From the NCBI GenBank assembly GCA_051362555.1, contig CM120648.1, positions 845,721 to 909,720 on the forward strand: 64,000 nt of DNA. Reading direction: 5' to 3'. Positions within the stretch are counted from its first letter, which is position 1. Each line of letters opens with the position of its first letter. Made by a program: the position numbers and the translations under genes. Origin of the DNA: Lingula anatina. Taxonomy: Eukaryota; Animalia; Brachiopoda. Of the stretch, positions 51,993 through 64,000 are shown in pieces. The notes beneath the pieces are model-generated. The model saw only the letters and a list, made by a program, of their open reading frames with translations, made no database searches and had not been told where the DNA came from.

Positions 51993-54900
51993 TCAATATT
52001 TTGACTTCAGCGCAAGTCGCCTCATTGCATCCTCAACCAACTGTGCCGCGTCCACTGCACATCCCCAGTGGAGTGTGACACCTGCACCTCCGTGTCCGTA
52101 ATTATGCACAATCTGTAATTTAGAGAATATGAGACTAAATTCACCTGCAGTGTATAGATAAAACAAATATACAATGAGTGTATAACCTTTGCCAAGTCAA
52201 TAGTAACACAAATAAATAAATCTTATTAAAAAAAGAGAGTTAAAAAAAGTTCATTTAAGTTTGTTGGACTCATAATTAACATGGTGTAAAAATCACTGTA
52301 GTGTCCACCCTGAGTTTGAATCTACTTATTATCCAAATAAAAAACTAACTTTTTCAGCTTATAGGCACCCAATAAGATGTTGAGTTCATCTCAGCCATTT
52401 TAGATAACACCTTCCTGAAGTTTGTGATTAAGGGTAAATTGCTGAAATTTTCATGATTTTTTTTCTTGCTTTGTTAGTAATAATGTATAACCTGTGCTTG
52501 GCTTTCAGTGCTCAGAAAGTCTGGTTTAAGCGCTAATTATATTATCACGTACCGTCAGTTTCCCTCTCCCAGAATTCACGTCCTCCAGCTCCAGTCTTAC
52601 ACTGGGCCTGCTGGGACGTAAACCAACAAAGTCATTCTCTATCTTTGCACCCTGAAGATCAAACAGAATTATGTTCAAGCTTGTTTTTTTTTTTTTTTTT
52701 CTTCAAATCCAATACAACAAAAAAAAAATCTTTGTGCTGCAAACCACATTACAGTATAAACTTATTAGCTTAAAATTTAGTTTAAAATCTGATTTAAAAC
52801 TTATTAATAAGTCATTGAGAATAAAATCACAGCTGTTCAATTAAAGATATATAATAATCATACAAACTAAGGTAAATTCCAAGAAAAAATCAGATTTCTG
52901 ATCTAAATTGAAAAAAAAAAAAAAAAACACGCTCAAAAAAATTAAATTCCAATAGTTCTGATGATCTAACCAAGCAACAGATTTCATCAGCTGTATTATA
53001 TTATATTATATTATATTATATTATATTATATTATATTATATTATACACTCAAAGGGTGCATTCAGAAAAAAACTATCAAAACAATAATCATCCAACTCTG
53101 CAGGGACTCTTGTGGAATGCAAACAAATAAACTGGATGACACATCTCTTCCAAGTTAATCACCCCTTAGCTGCTTGAGGAGACAGTCAGAAGTTGATCTC
53201 TACTAACTATTCGTTCACCCACCCTGAGGCTAGGTATAAACTTGCAGACGCCTTCCCAGATGCGTTTCTTGTCTTCCTCACTAGGCTGAAGATCCCATGA
53301 GCTGACCTGGTGGGTACCGCCAACCACAACGCTGTCAACTCTACAATATGACCAACATGACAGATTGTGTTAAATGTAATGACTTTAAATTTGTTACTAC
53401 ATATAGGCTAATGAGGTGAAGTCATCATCATTATATCAATTGTCATCTTTGTCCTTGCTTTCTCTCCTTTATTTATAAATATAAACATACATTAAATAAA
53501 AAAGTAAGTTTTTTTTTTTCAAATCTCCAAGTATATGGTCAATTATATCACATTAATTATTTATCATTGACAAGAAATATTTTTCTCACTTAAAGTATCT
53601 GATCAATTTGTAAGAACATGTACACTTGCACACCAGCACCACTGTTTTTCATTAGGGGCTTTTTACTGAAAATCCATAAAAAACTTTAAGAGTGACCCCT
53701 TATTACTAGACTAGGACTGTTTGTCTAAAACGTTAAAATTTCCCAGAGGTCTTACACTGGGAGCAGGTAGATGTCACTGAGGTCCTCGTTGTTGAAGAAA
53801 TACTTGATCCATGGTGCTTTCACCTGAAAAATTAGTCAAATATTTTCTTTCCTGAAAGTTTGAAAGTATAAAATGCAAGGTAATCTTTCTTAAAAATTCT
53901 TAAATATCATTTTCCCTAAAGAGATTTATATGATGCTGTGATTTCTCAGTTCTGAAACTGTTAAACTTACAGTCAGACTGAAAATGTAAGCTACAATAAA
54001 TTTCATTAAATACATTATTCTCAATAACCTAAAATATTGAGCTTGAAAATTTTAAAATGGGGAAAACAACGATCATAAAAATATTTTTCTTGAAGATTTA
54101 AATTTGGTGAACTGTCAACATTCTCATTTTTATAAACTAATTTCTGATTGGCTAACGCATCCAGCCTACCCTCATAACCTGTCCTCTGATTGGCTGAACC
54201 TGACGGTCATTCACCAGTTCTCTTGCTCCGAGTCCAGTGCAGTTGACCACAATGTCATACTCTCCGGCTAACTAACCCAGGTCAAAACAAGACATAAACA
54301 AAACGCCATAAAACTATACTACTAGTACCGGGGGTATAACAGAGATAAAAAAAAAATTGATTTTATCTGGGGCAGTACAATCTTAATGCCACTCTTTTTT
54401 AAAACCCTGACAGCCAAAGTTGCTGCATTGTCACAGAAAATTAAAAAATTGTGATGCACATTGTATTTTGTTAATGGAGTTTTAACTTATTATCATGCAT
54501 TTAAGAACAGCTGAAAACAAGCAGAAATAGTAGGCAAAATAGAATTTATTTAGTAGTCAAAACAACACAGTACTATATATTTGACAATTCATGTAATAAT
54601 TGGCAACCTGCAAATGACTTATGATAATAATATAATAAGTTATTATGTAATAATTTTTAGTTTATTAATATATAAAGCAACCAAAAGGTTGAAGTTGTAC
54701 ATAAACTGGATTACAATTTCATTACAAATAAAAACATTTACATAATAAAATAAAGCACATACAATAAAAATAACTTCAGACTACATGTATATCAGTGAAA
54801 TTAAAAATCATAAAATGCTAAATACTGCATGCATAAGCAGTGTGCACCTCAGACAAGCTGTTCAGTTTTCTGTTGAATACTTTGACATCTGGGAAATCTT

Positions 54901-56573
54901 TCAACCTGGAAATAATTTTTAAAAAATATCATCTTTACTCAGTATGGTAATATATCACTTTCAGCCATTTTAAACTGGTGGCTTTTCTCTTTACGAATAT
55001 TTTCCTTTTTTAATTTTGTAGCTCCACCAGCTGAAATAGCCAATTCAATGAAATTATAGGGGGCTCCATCCTACATTACAGCCAGGGTCTTAATGAAAAG
55101 TTGTCAATCAACCAAAATTGTGAAAAACCAGAAATTTCATAGCAGCATGTGAAAAGGTCTTACACTGAGCTAATAATAATCATACAACACACTGTTATCG
55201 ACAGGAGTAAGAGTCAGGTGAACTCATCTCCAGTAAATACAGGCCTAGATAACACCACCTCAGAGCTCCTTGGAGAATGCTTGCTAAATTGTTATTACTC
55301 ACTTTCTCATTATCCAAGGCAAGTAATATTTGCTCTCAGCACCATATGTTGTGAAAAACCATCCATGTCTGAAACACACGTTTCTTGATTTTTAGCAAAT
55401 TCATTGTGTAAAATCCCTGATTACAATGTGTGTTAAAAAAATGAAATTAATTTTAAATTTATTCACTGTATCTTGTAATATAAAACAAAACAGTGGTTTG
55501 TTTGTTTTGTTCTACGATTGTCATTTTATAGAGACAAATGAATATTTGTAAGAAAGAAAATGGTTTGTTTTACTTAATTCACGTGTTTGTATGTATTGCA
55601 CACTGCTTATGCATGCAGTATATGTGTGCATGCTTGAGTAATGTATGTGCATGTGTGCATGTTTGTATAGGGATCATCTTACGTCTGTCCTTCAAACTGA
55701 GCTACTTCTTCCTCTGTCATGTGACGGAACCCTAGCACGATATCTTTCCAGTATGGATCCTGAAATAATAAAACATCCCAATTTCTTAATCAAACTTTAA
55801 AATATTACCGTTACATGAGAGAAATGATTTGATACCTTTTTGTGTTGTGCAAAGAAAAAAAAAGGTAGAACAGTTTTTGTTATGGGTGAAAATGAAAGGT
55901 ACTTCTATCTTTTATACTCAATGTGAAAAGCATAAATAATTTACAACAATATAGAGCAGAAGACTAAGTGTTACACAAAATGACAAATCTCCCTCAAAAA
56001 GTACTGAATATAATACTAATATATAATAAGTTCCTCACTACCTCTACCCTTTCCTTGAAGGTGACGTAACCAGATATCATTTGGACGCCTGCGTCAGATG
56101 TGTCAGCCATACGGTGGACCTTCATCATATGGACAAAGGTGTCCTTGCTCCATTTTCTAAAAAAAATTAACATTTTTATATCTAAACTAATTTTAATAGT
56201 AATTGTAATTTTAGTAATAGTGATTTTAATTTTAATGATAATTTACTAGTACACAACATTTTCGATAAACTACTAGTGTTTTTTCTCACATCTAATCATA
56301 TTTGTTTATTAACACAGATGCAGGTGTGTTAGCATGTGAACCACCAATACAAAACAATACCACTCACACTTGCAAACCCATGGGCGTATCCCCCAGCAAG
56401 TATGGCTGCCAGAATCCAGCAGATATGTCGCTGACGGTATAAGGGGAGAACTTGTCTGCTATGATGTGAACGGGGAGATCAGGATGGCGTTCCTTCAGAC
56501 ACCATGCTGTAGAAAGGCCAATTATGCCAGCCCCAACCACCGCCACTCTCTGGGTCTTGGGGGATGACGACAT
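51993..56573 (-). CDS. D-amino-acid oxidase / D-aspartate oxidase family flavoenzyme
   Basis: Exons 56573-56368, 56156-56042, 55759-55683, 55368-55303, 54905-54848, 54271-54170, 53823-53756, 53340-53223, 52651-52553, 52112-51993; phases consistent. Motifs [53 protein letters not shown]; ends SKY*. Probable 5'UTR donor near 57135. Confidence 0.95.
52995..53045. repeat. (TTATA)n pentanucleotide microsatellite
   Basis: Read directly from sequence. Confidence 0.95.
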
Positions 56574-57230
56574 TGCTGAAAAAAAGAGGGAGTAACACAT
56601 ATTTAGGAAGACCTGCAGAATGTTATACAATATGGTACAAAGTGCTGAATTAATTTTATATTATTGCCTAATCAGTTTTTGGCACTACATGCTAAACAGG
56701 TTAGTATTTAAAGCTGCAGTAAGGCCGAACACTGAGGTGAATGTAGTTAATGAGACTTTATAATAATTAACAGAAGATTTTTTTAAATATCAAAACATCA
56801 TAAAATACAGTACAGTACAGTACACAGCAGTGGCTACAAGAGCAACGACTTTCTAGTTAAAATTTTGTAAAGACTATACATTGTTCACGTCCTAGGTATA
56901 AGTACGAATACTATTAGTATTCTTATCTATATACATGAACATTGTACTAAATGTACTAGTAGCTTGTACTACTGCGCTAGCTACATGTACAGTGTACTGA
57001 GTAGTACAGTACGTGCTTTATACAATTACAGCTGTACAATAATGAGCTGCAGTATTTAACGAGGCTGTAGGTCCCATTTTTCAGTCCATTCCAGATATTT
57101 CTATCTGATTTAAAAGAAACAAAACATGCATCGCTTACCTTTTTCTAGGTAGTTCAAATGCGTTCTTGGTACTTAAAAAACGTCATTAGAATAAAAACAG
57201 CATAAACACGGTGGGAAAGTTACAGCGTAA

Positions 57231-57241
57231 GGGGAATTCCC
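57231..57241. promoter_or_regulatory. NF-kB/Rel-type palindromic site GGGGAATTCCC
   Basis: Consensus match between the divergent oxidase and Roco genes; ETS-like TTTCCGG about 20 bp away. Motif match only. Confidence 0.4.
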
Positions 57242-59047
57242 TATCCCAAGACGAGCCACGATTTCCGGTAGTGTATTTCAACGTGAAAACCATCAAATAG
57301 CAAATCAACTTCAGCAAAATTATTACTGAACATGTACATTTTGAATTCCATATGCCTTAAAATTGTTTCTACATGGAATGGAAATTGCCTTTGTATTATA
57401 CGCACAAGCTTGCACAGTCTAGCAGTCTACATCCTCTTTCGTTCTTGAAGATATGTCTATTTATAGAGACTCGGGAATTTATGGCACGCAGTTTCTAACG
57501 CATTCCATAGGAAATTTCCACATCATTTATAGGGAAGCAACAAATTAAACCGATAAGGGAAGAAATACACCAAGTAAGATAGTAGCAGTTATTAGAATCG
57601 TTAAGGTACGTAGATCTCTCTTTCTCTCTCTCTAGCTCTCTCTCTTCGTTCTCTCTCTCTCTCTCTCTCTCTTTCACGCCCGGTGTAACGAAACTGAGGG
57701 TCCGTGCAAAAGAAAGTCCGCCCTCCATACAGTTATAATGGTTAAGTTTAATCTGACCTGTGGGTCAAATTCTAGGGCGAGGCTTACCTGTACAAATGAA
57801 TGGGAAGCGGACCCTCTGTCATGGGGGACTCTTCAAGACCTAATGTAGTTAAATCCCCATGCATACGCTCCCATTATAGAGTAGCCAAAATAAAAAAAGG
57901 TCCCCTTTTTAACAGTAGACAGGCATGGCACTCTTAAGGTCGTTTTGTGTGGCTTTTAAGTTTATGCACCCGGTTTAAAATCATGTAGCGATTTAACGAG
58001 ATTCGTTTTCTAACCAATCATTGCAAGCGTGCTACTGCTAGCTTTTTCTCGCACACGCACTATAATTTTCACACAAGAAAAAAGCGCTCAAAATATATTT
58101 AAAATATATTTAAACGAATTTTTTAAAGTCGCAATGGACCCAATTCACTTTATTTTAGACAAATTATTCTTTTAGAAATAAGAATTACTTTGGCAATTAT
58201 TTGAACTTAGAATTAATACGGTAGCCTATGTAGCCTACATATGTAAATGATGAAAAGAATATTCAACGAGCGTCACTGTAATTTTTCTTACAAACAATCC
58301 TCGTGATAAACTGATGAGTAACCAGTTTGAATGTTTCCATGTATGAAAAGTCGGGTATTTTGTGAGAGATCAGTCACTTATTTGCTCTTGTGTCGAGATT
58401 TGGCTATTTGATGCCTGAAAACCCCCGTTATTAATATAAGACGGTACAAGTGAACTGTTAATTAGTAACCCGAAAGGTTAAATGGGATTTATAGTATTGT
58501 CAAGGATATAAGAAATTGAGTGTTTTAGTTTAATTAAATGTTTAGTGTACGTACTTCGATAAAGTGGTACCTATTATTCATTAATTAATTTATTTATTTA
58601 TTTATTCATTAAGAGCAAAATATGATCGGATGTGTTGAGACTTATATATATGCCTTTACTGCTGAGTCATGCAGATAATACCTGTATTCCGCAGCTACTT
58701 TTAAGCATTATCGGGCTTCATCGTAATTTATACCTGTAAGGACCGGATGTACTTTGTACTACTGTTAGAGCTTGTACGTGTACAGGCTGTAAAGTAGTAT
58801 AATGTATTGAACAAACGTCTGGATAATAATAGCAACGGGGCCCGTTTATTTGTCACTTACTATATAATAAAAGACCCAGAGAGAAAAAAGGAATATAGCT
58901 TTCTGACCTTGCCATATTGAAATAACCTTCAGCCGAGAAGACGATTTAAGTGTCGTTTACACTGTTCGGCGTTTTGAAAAGAATTTCAGATAATGACAGG
59001 GTAAAGCTACCCCTGGTATTTACTGAGTAGGAGTTATGACTTAACAG

Positions 59048-59150
59048 CTGATCTCATATTGATGGGCATGAGAATAAAGGTTTATATTGGTCTCATTGCT
59101 GATCTCATATTGATGGGCATGAGAATAAAGGTTTATATTGATCTCATTAT
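59048..59150. repeat. Two-copy ~51-bp tandem duplication
   Basis: CTGATCTCATATTGATGGGCATGAGAATAAAGGTTTATATTG occurs twice. Confidence 0.9.
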
Positions 59151-59996
59151 ATGTACACTACATTGTGTATGTCAAGTCTTAAACCAGTTTATTTTTTATT
59201 TTTATTTTTATTTGGGGGGGGGGGGGTACTTGTGTACAAAATAAAATATACGTATGGATCAGATTTCATACAAATAAAACAGTTCAAAACTACTGAGCTA
59301 TTATTTAAAATGAAAAATATCACAACGCTTAATAAATAAAATGTATGAACTCTTAAATGAAGGGATATTGTCAGTTAAATGCATAATCAACAGAACCAGA
59401 TAAAAGAGTTATAACCTTCACGCAAGAGGTTTTTAATTTTAAGATAAAACCCCCTTTTCAATGGATGTGTGTTTACCGGTTTCCTACACCTTTCTTTCTT
59501 CATTATCCATTCATTAATTATTACCTCTTGCAGCTTTTTCTTTGTGTGTGTGTGTGAGTCTTTAGCATTCATTCAAGAAAACCCAATTATTTATTTATTC
59601 ATTCAGACGATCCACAGTACTAGTATATTACGCCACATATCACTTAATCTGTTGTATAATAACAGTAGTTGTTTTACTTCCAGAATGCAAGGTCACATTA
59701 CCTATCCTAGGGTCAGGCTCTTTTGATCGCATGCTGACCCTGAGAAATGACCAAATACTTCGCAAATGAACAGAAAAGTGAAACCTTTAAGGCTAACTAA
59801 CGCAGCACGAGAGATCGAGTGCATTTGCACCACCCACTTTTGATAAATAGGAGTCACATTTGAGTTGTAATTACAAGCCCGCAGCTTAGAAAACGCTGAT
59901 AACATTTGGACTAGAATATAATAAAGAACATCATTTTGATTGGTGTGGTCGAGTTTTCAAGAAACCAATAAAATTTCAGAATATTTCGCGTTGTGG

Positions 59997-62900
59997 ATGA
60001 TGGTTGTCAGTCTTTTTGACAGTTTGGTAGATGCTTTGCACGAACCGATGTCCCGGGATGTAATTTTGCTCAAACCCCCTTTCTTCATTCCCATTTTAGC
60101 TGTGCTTGTCGTTTGTTCTGTGACTGCGTTCATTCAAAGCGGTTTCCGTTTCATTTCACCATCATCTGTTGACCTTGAATACAGAGATATTGAACAAATA
60201 CCGCAGGATGTTCTTAACAACAGGAGACTGAGGACATTAAATCTCGCTAGGAACAAACTGACAAATGTACCAAAATGTTTGTCACAGACTTTGGAAAGGA
60301 TGCATCTTGGTTGGAATAATCTGAATGAGTTCCCGGAAGATCTTCTCCAATGTCATCAGCTCAATTGGCTGCACATCGCCGTAAACCCCATACGAACTAT
60401 TCCTGAAGAAATCGGCACCTTAACCAAGCTAACTGTGCTCTGCGTATGCAGCTGTGAGCTTAGAAAAATTCCGTCGGCCATCTTCAAATTACAAAAACTT
60501 CGGTACTTAGATATTAGTCATAACTGCCTAAAGGAATTCCCCAAAGGCGTTTTGAAATTAGCAAGTTTAGAAAGACTCGATATTAATGACAATAAAATCA
60601 TCAAAATTCCAGCAGAAATTGAGAAGCTGGTTAATTTGAAAGTGCTGCGTATTCACAAGAACAAGTTAACAAAACCCCTGCCACAAAATCTCGCAAAACT
60701 CGTTTCGTTGCTGGAACTTAACGTATCCAACTGTAATCTAGCCAACATTCCAGAGTTCATTCCAGAAAACCTTTCCAATTTAACAACCCTCGACATTCGT
60801 CACAACCGAATTGTAAAATTACCCTTGAACTTTCACAAACTTACAAAATTAAAGTGTTTTGTATTCGTCAAGAATCCCCTTAAGAATCCACCAATTGAAG
60901 TTTGTGCCATGGGCCTCAAAGCCATACGCTTGTATCAGGAAGATGCCGAGAAATTTAGCTCCGTCCACGTTACGAGGCAACAGGTTATGGTCGTGGGGGA
61001 AAAATCCGTGGGGAAAACCAGCCTCTGTCGGACGCTTAAGGCACGGAAACCGGAGCTCGCCAGTAGAGACGACAGAACGATCGTTTTGGAGGAGACAGTG
61101 CTCCAAGAACTGGAGGCTGGAGTTGAGCTACGGTTCACCGACTTTGGAGGGCAACGTCTCTACAAGGTACTGCACCCCATCTTCTTGAGGATAAACGCTT
61201 TGGTGCTGGTCCTTTTTAACTTAGAACTGTACGAGACCAACTGCGAGCATTATTTCAAAAGTGTGGGTTTCTGGCTGCGCAAAATACAAGCAAAAACCCC
61301 CGGTGTCACAATAATTCCAGTCGGTACCAAAGGAGACACTGTCACCAAGAAAAAGGCGAAGGCAAAGGCGAAACACGTGTTCGACCACGCTAAGAATTAT
61401 GTCAAAATCTACCGGAAAAACCTTGAGAAAAGACTAGAGGAGGAGAGAAAGAAACTCCAAACAATTGTGCAAACAGATCCATCTGGCACCAGGGGCGGGA
61501 GTGAACTGCTAGCGAATATTAAAAAGGGAATCGAGAGACTGGAGAGAATGCAAGAAAGTATTCTGAATGTGCAAAAACCTGTCATCATCAGTTCGAAAGA
61601 GTTCCATGGTGTTGACGAATTGAAGAAAAGGATCCTTCAAGTGGCCGAGACGAAGTCATGCGCTTTGCCAGAAAATTGGTACCAGTTTGCCAAACTTATC
61701 GCGGAAAGGGCCAAAGAGGATGATGCCATGTACATGCCGTACGCAGAAGCAAAGGAACTTTGGGACCAAGCCACCCCGTCCAAAAAGTCGGCACCGACCA
61801 TGCTGGAGTCCATAAAAGTTCTCCTGACATCTCCAATGCATGGGAAATTCAACGAAGAAGATTGCGAGAAGTTCGAGACCGTCCTCACTTTTCTGCATAG
61901 GTGGGGCGCCATCTTGTGGTATGTTTCCCCGCGTCTCAAGGATTACATCTTTCACAATCCGAAAAAGCTGACCAATTTTTTCAAAGCCGTGTTTGACCAC
62001 GACATGGAGACGACCCTAGCAGCCAAGAGACGAAGAAGGGGGTTTCCAGAATACACAGACGTGAAATTCGAGGAAGAGATGTCTTGGTTCAAGAAAAAGG
62101 GCCTCCTGACCAAGAAACTTCTCCAGGGCATCCTGGCGGCGGATTTCCAAGGTGTCGACCTCGATACAATGTTTTCCCTCCTCCAGCATTTTGACTTGTG
62201 CTACGAGGTCCAGTGCAAGGAACAGCCGACTCTTTATTTCCCATGGTTCCTGTTTCAAAGTCTCCCTGATGACGTCCAGCAACTATGGCCTAAGACTATG
62301 GAATCAGGCGTGCTGCAGCTTACCGTTGAGTTCCACTTCATCACGGTTGTCCCGCCGAGCCTCTTCGAGAGGATTCAGGTGATTCGAAAAGTTGTTAGTC
62401 CTTGATATTTAAGCATGTGTCATAGATATGTTATGCCTGTTAATTGTCATTGTGACATGTACATGTTCATCATTTGATGCTCAAGCTTTAACATTTTTGA
62501 AACTTACACGAGGTTTCTTTATATTTGAAACTTTTAAATACAGCATTTTATATATAACCTCTACTTATAAATATGTGTTTTTAATTGAAAGGTACGTCCC
62601 TTTCAAAAGTTAGCCTTATCAAGATATTTTGAAAGATTTTTGTATTTTTAATTTTGAGATATGTTCACTTTATAATTAGTGATACTTTTAAGTTACAATT
62701 CTCTAAATTAAATGGTGAAAAAATATAATTCTAGGTCCTCACACATTCCAAGGGACCGTACAAGCAGTTACCAAGACGAGACTGGAGCGAAGGTTTTTAC
62801 ATGAGCCTTGGCGATATTAAGGTATATATGCAGAATCATAAGTCAACAAATGTTTAGCTCAAAGCGACCTCTGACGGAAGGGTGCGGTACTGCACACCTA

Positions 62901-63459
62901 AGTTTAATCCAGCAGATTTGTGGATAATATTTTCCCATGAAACCGTAACTGATTTATTTTTTTTATTCTGTTTTTTAAATATTATTGAAAGTGCATCAAT
63001 GTTTTATTCACTTAGCAAAAATATGGGGAAAATCCATTGAAATGTGTAACGAGCATCAAGCTATTCATTTTTACCTTTTTAACGTTTATTTACCATCACC
63101 ATTCTATTTCCATGTAATGTATCATCATTGAAGAGCACATTATGTGATATTAATATTTACATTGAATTTGTATCACATTTCAACAGTTAAATACCTTTCC
63201 TCATTGGCCATCACAGGTGTTCGTGGAACGGTTTCAGTACCACAACGACGGCGTCCTCCAGGTCTCCGTGAGAGGCAAAGATTTGGGAAAACTCTGGGAG
63301 GAACTCAAGACCATGGTGACCACGATGCAGGGGTTGCTTGACCAGTGTCCGGGGGAGGCGTGTAACATCTACTACATCTGTCCCGGGTGTATCAGGTCTC
63401 AGATCGAGGGCTCTCGGGCCAAGAAGGAGGAGTGGAGCTGGGTGTGCACTAGCAGACCT
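59997..63459 (+). CDS. Roco protein (LRR-ROC GTPase-COR), MFHAS1/MASL1-like; 3'-incomplete
   Basis: Large exon from ~59997 (first ATG; possible acceptor at 59979) to 62378, then exons 62735-62821 and 63217-63459, all phase 0. About ten LxxLxLxxNxL repeats capped by NPLKNPPIEVC. G1 GEKSVGKTSL, G3 DFGGQ, G4 VGTKGD, G5 ISSK. COR motifs LPENW, FLHRWGAILW, LLQHFDLCY, YFPWFL, PPSLFERI. Confidence 0.92.
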
Positions 63460-63497
63460 GTAAGTTTTGGTTCGCGAAGTCGACGGTTCGCGGGTAT

Positions 63498-63654
63498 CCG
63501 GTGTGACAGGAATGGTAATCCGCTAGGTTCAGTTGTCCGTTGTCATCACTCTGTACAGGTGACATTCGTCCCATATACTAACCTCGATACAAAGACTAAG
63601 CCTCAAGTGGGACCCCGGACTTCCATCTCTAGGACTACCATTCCTGTCACACCG
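63498..63654. mobile_element. MITE family D copy (Roco intron)
   Basis: CCGGTGTGACAGGAATGGTA..TACCATTCCTGTCACACCG; homologous to 9500-9671. Confidence 0.8.
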
Positions 63655-64000
63655 ATCTCCAGCAGGCAATTTTATCATTTGTGTTATGTACACGAATATA
63701 CTATAAAAATTGTCAATTTTTCCAAAACTTGTCTATTTTTCCAATCATAGGCGGCGCTCGAAAACAGGAGTTAAAAATTTAGGAAAGGACTTAATAAAAT
63801 ATGTTACGCCCTCAAAGTTACAAATAAGTTCCTCCAACAAAAAAAAACTTAACTTGGAGCTATTACCACTCCAATACTTAAGAGTCTAATAAGACGCCTT
63901 TATTACAAAGAAGCTACAGGTAGTATAAAGTGCGCTGCAGTGTATTAAATGATAGGGCCAGTTTTTCTCGTTTACAGTCAATTACAAATTTCCCTTATTT

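Noticed and set aside
58305-58350. CTGATGA hammerhead-ribozyme core candidates (also near 32587 and 46911)
   Set aside because: I could not build the stem II-GAAA and cleavage-site helices by eye; an Infernal search would be needed.
60849-62382. Several overlapping alternative-frame and antisense ORFs within the Roco exon
   Set aside because: Expected shadow ORFs of a GC-richer coding exon, with no motifs.
63460-63750. C-terminal half of the 177-aa ORF
   Set aside because: Lies after a GTAAGT donor and consists largely of a family D MITE.

Overview
AT-rich animal genomic DNA with GT-AG spliced genes and many MITEs. It is probably lophotrochozoan, likely a mollusc; this is inferred from gene and repeat types. 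I assembled gene models by hand from splice sites and phases. In order they are: the first exon of a CAP-family paralog (-, runs off the left edge); a complete 6-exon CAP/SCP secreted protein (-); an 8-exon secreted protein with three copies of an unnamed 'DSGW..HxLG..GFxFEG..YAY..VRxW' repeat and a Cys-rich PAN/Apple-like tail (-); a 3.8-kb Helentron/HINE-like element carrying a higher-order 146-bp satellite rich in nuclear-receptor DR1 motifs; DDB2 (-, 9 coding exons); TPI (+, head-to-head with DDB2); a D-amino-acid/D-aspartate oxidase (-); and an MFHAS1-like LRR-ROC-COR Roco gene (+, runs off the right edge). The DDB2 locus is the most unusual part. Its 11-kb intron holds an antisense F-box gene, one splice donor is tandemly amplified about 14 times, two exons are bracketed by intronic inverted repeats (circRNA-type layout), and its 5' end has an E-box plus D-box pair. 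No database searches were run.
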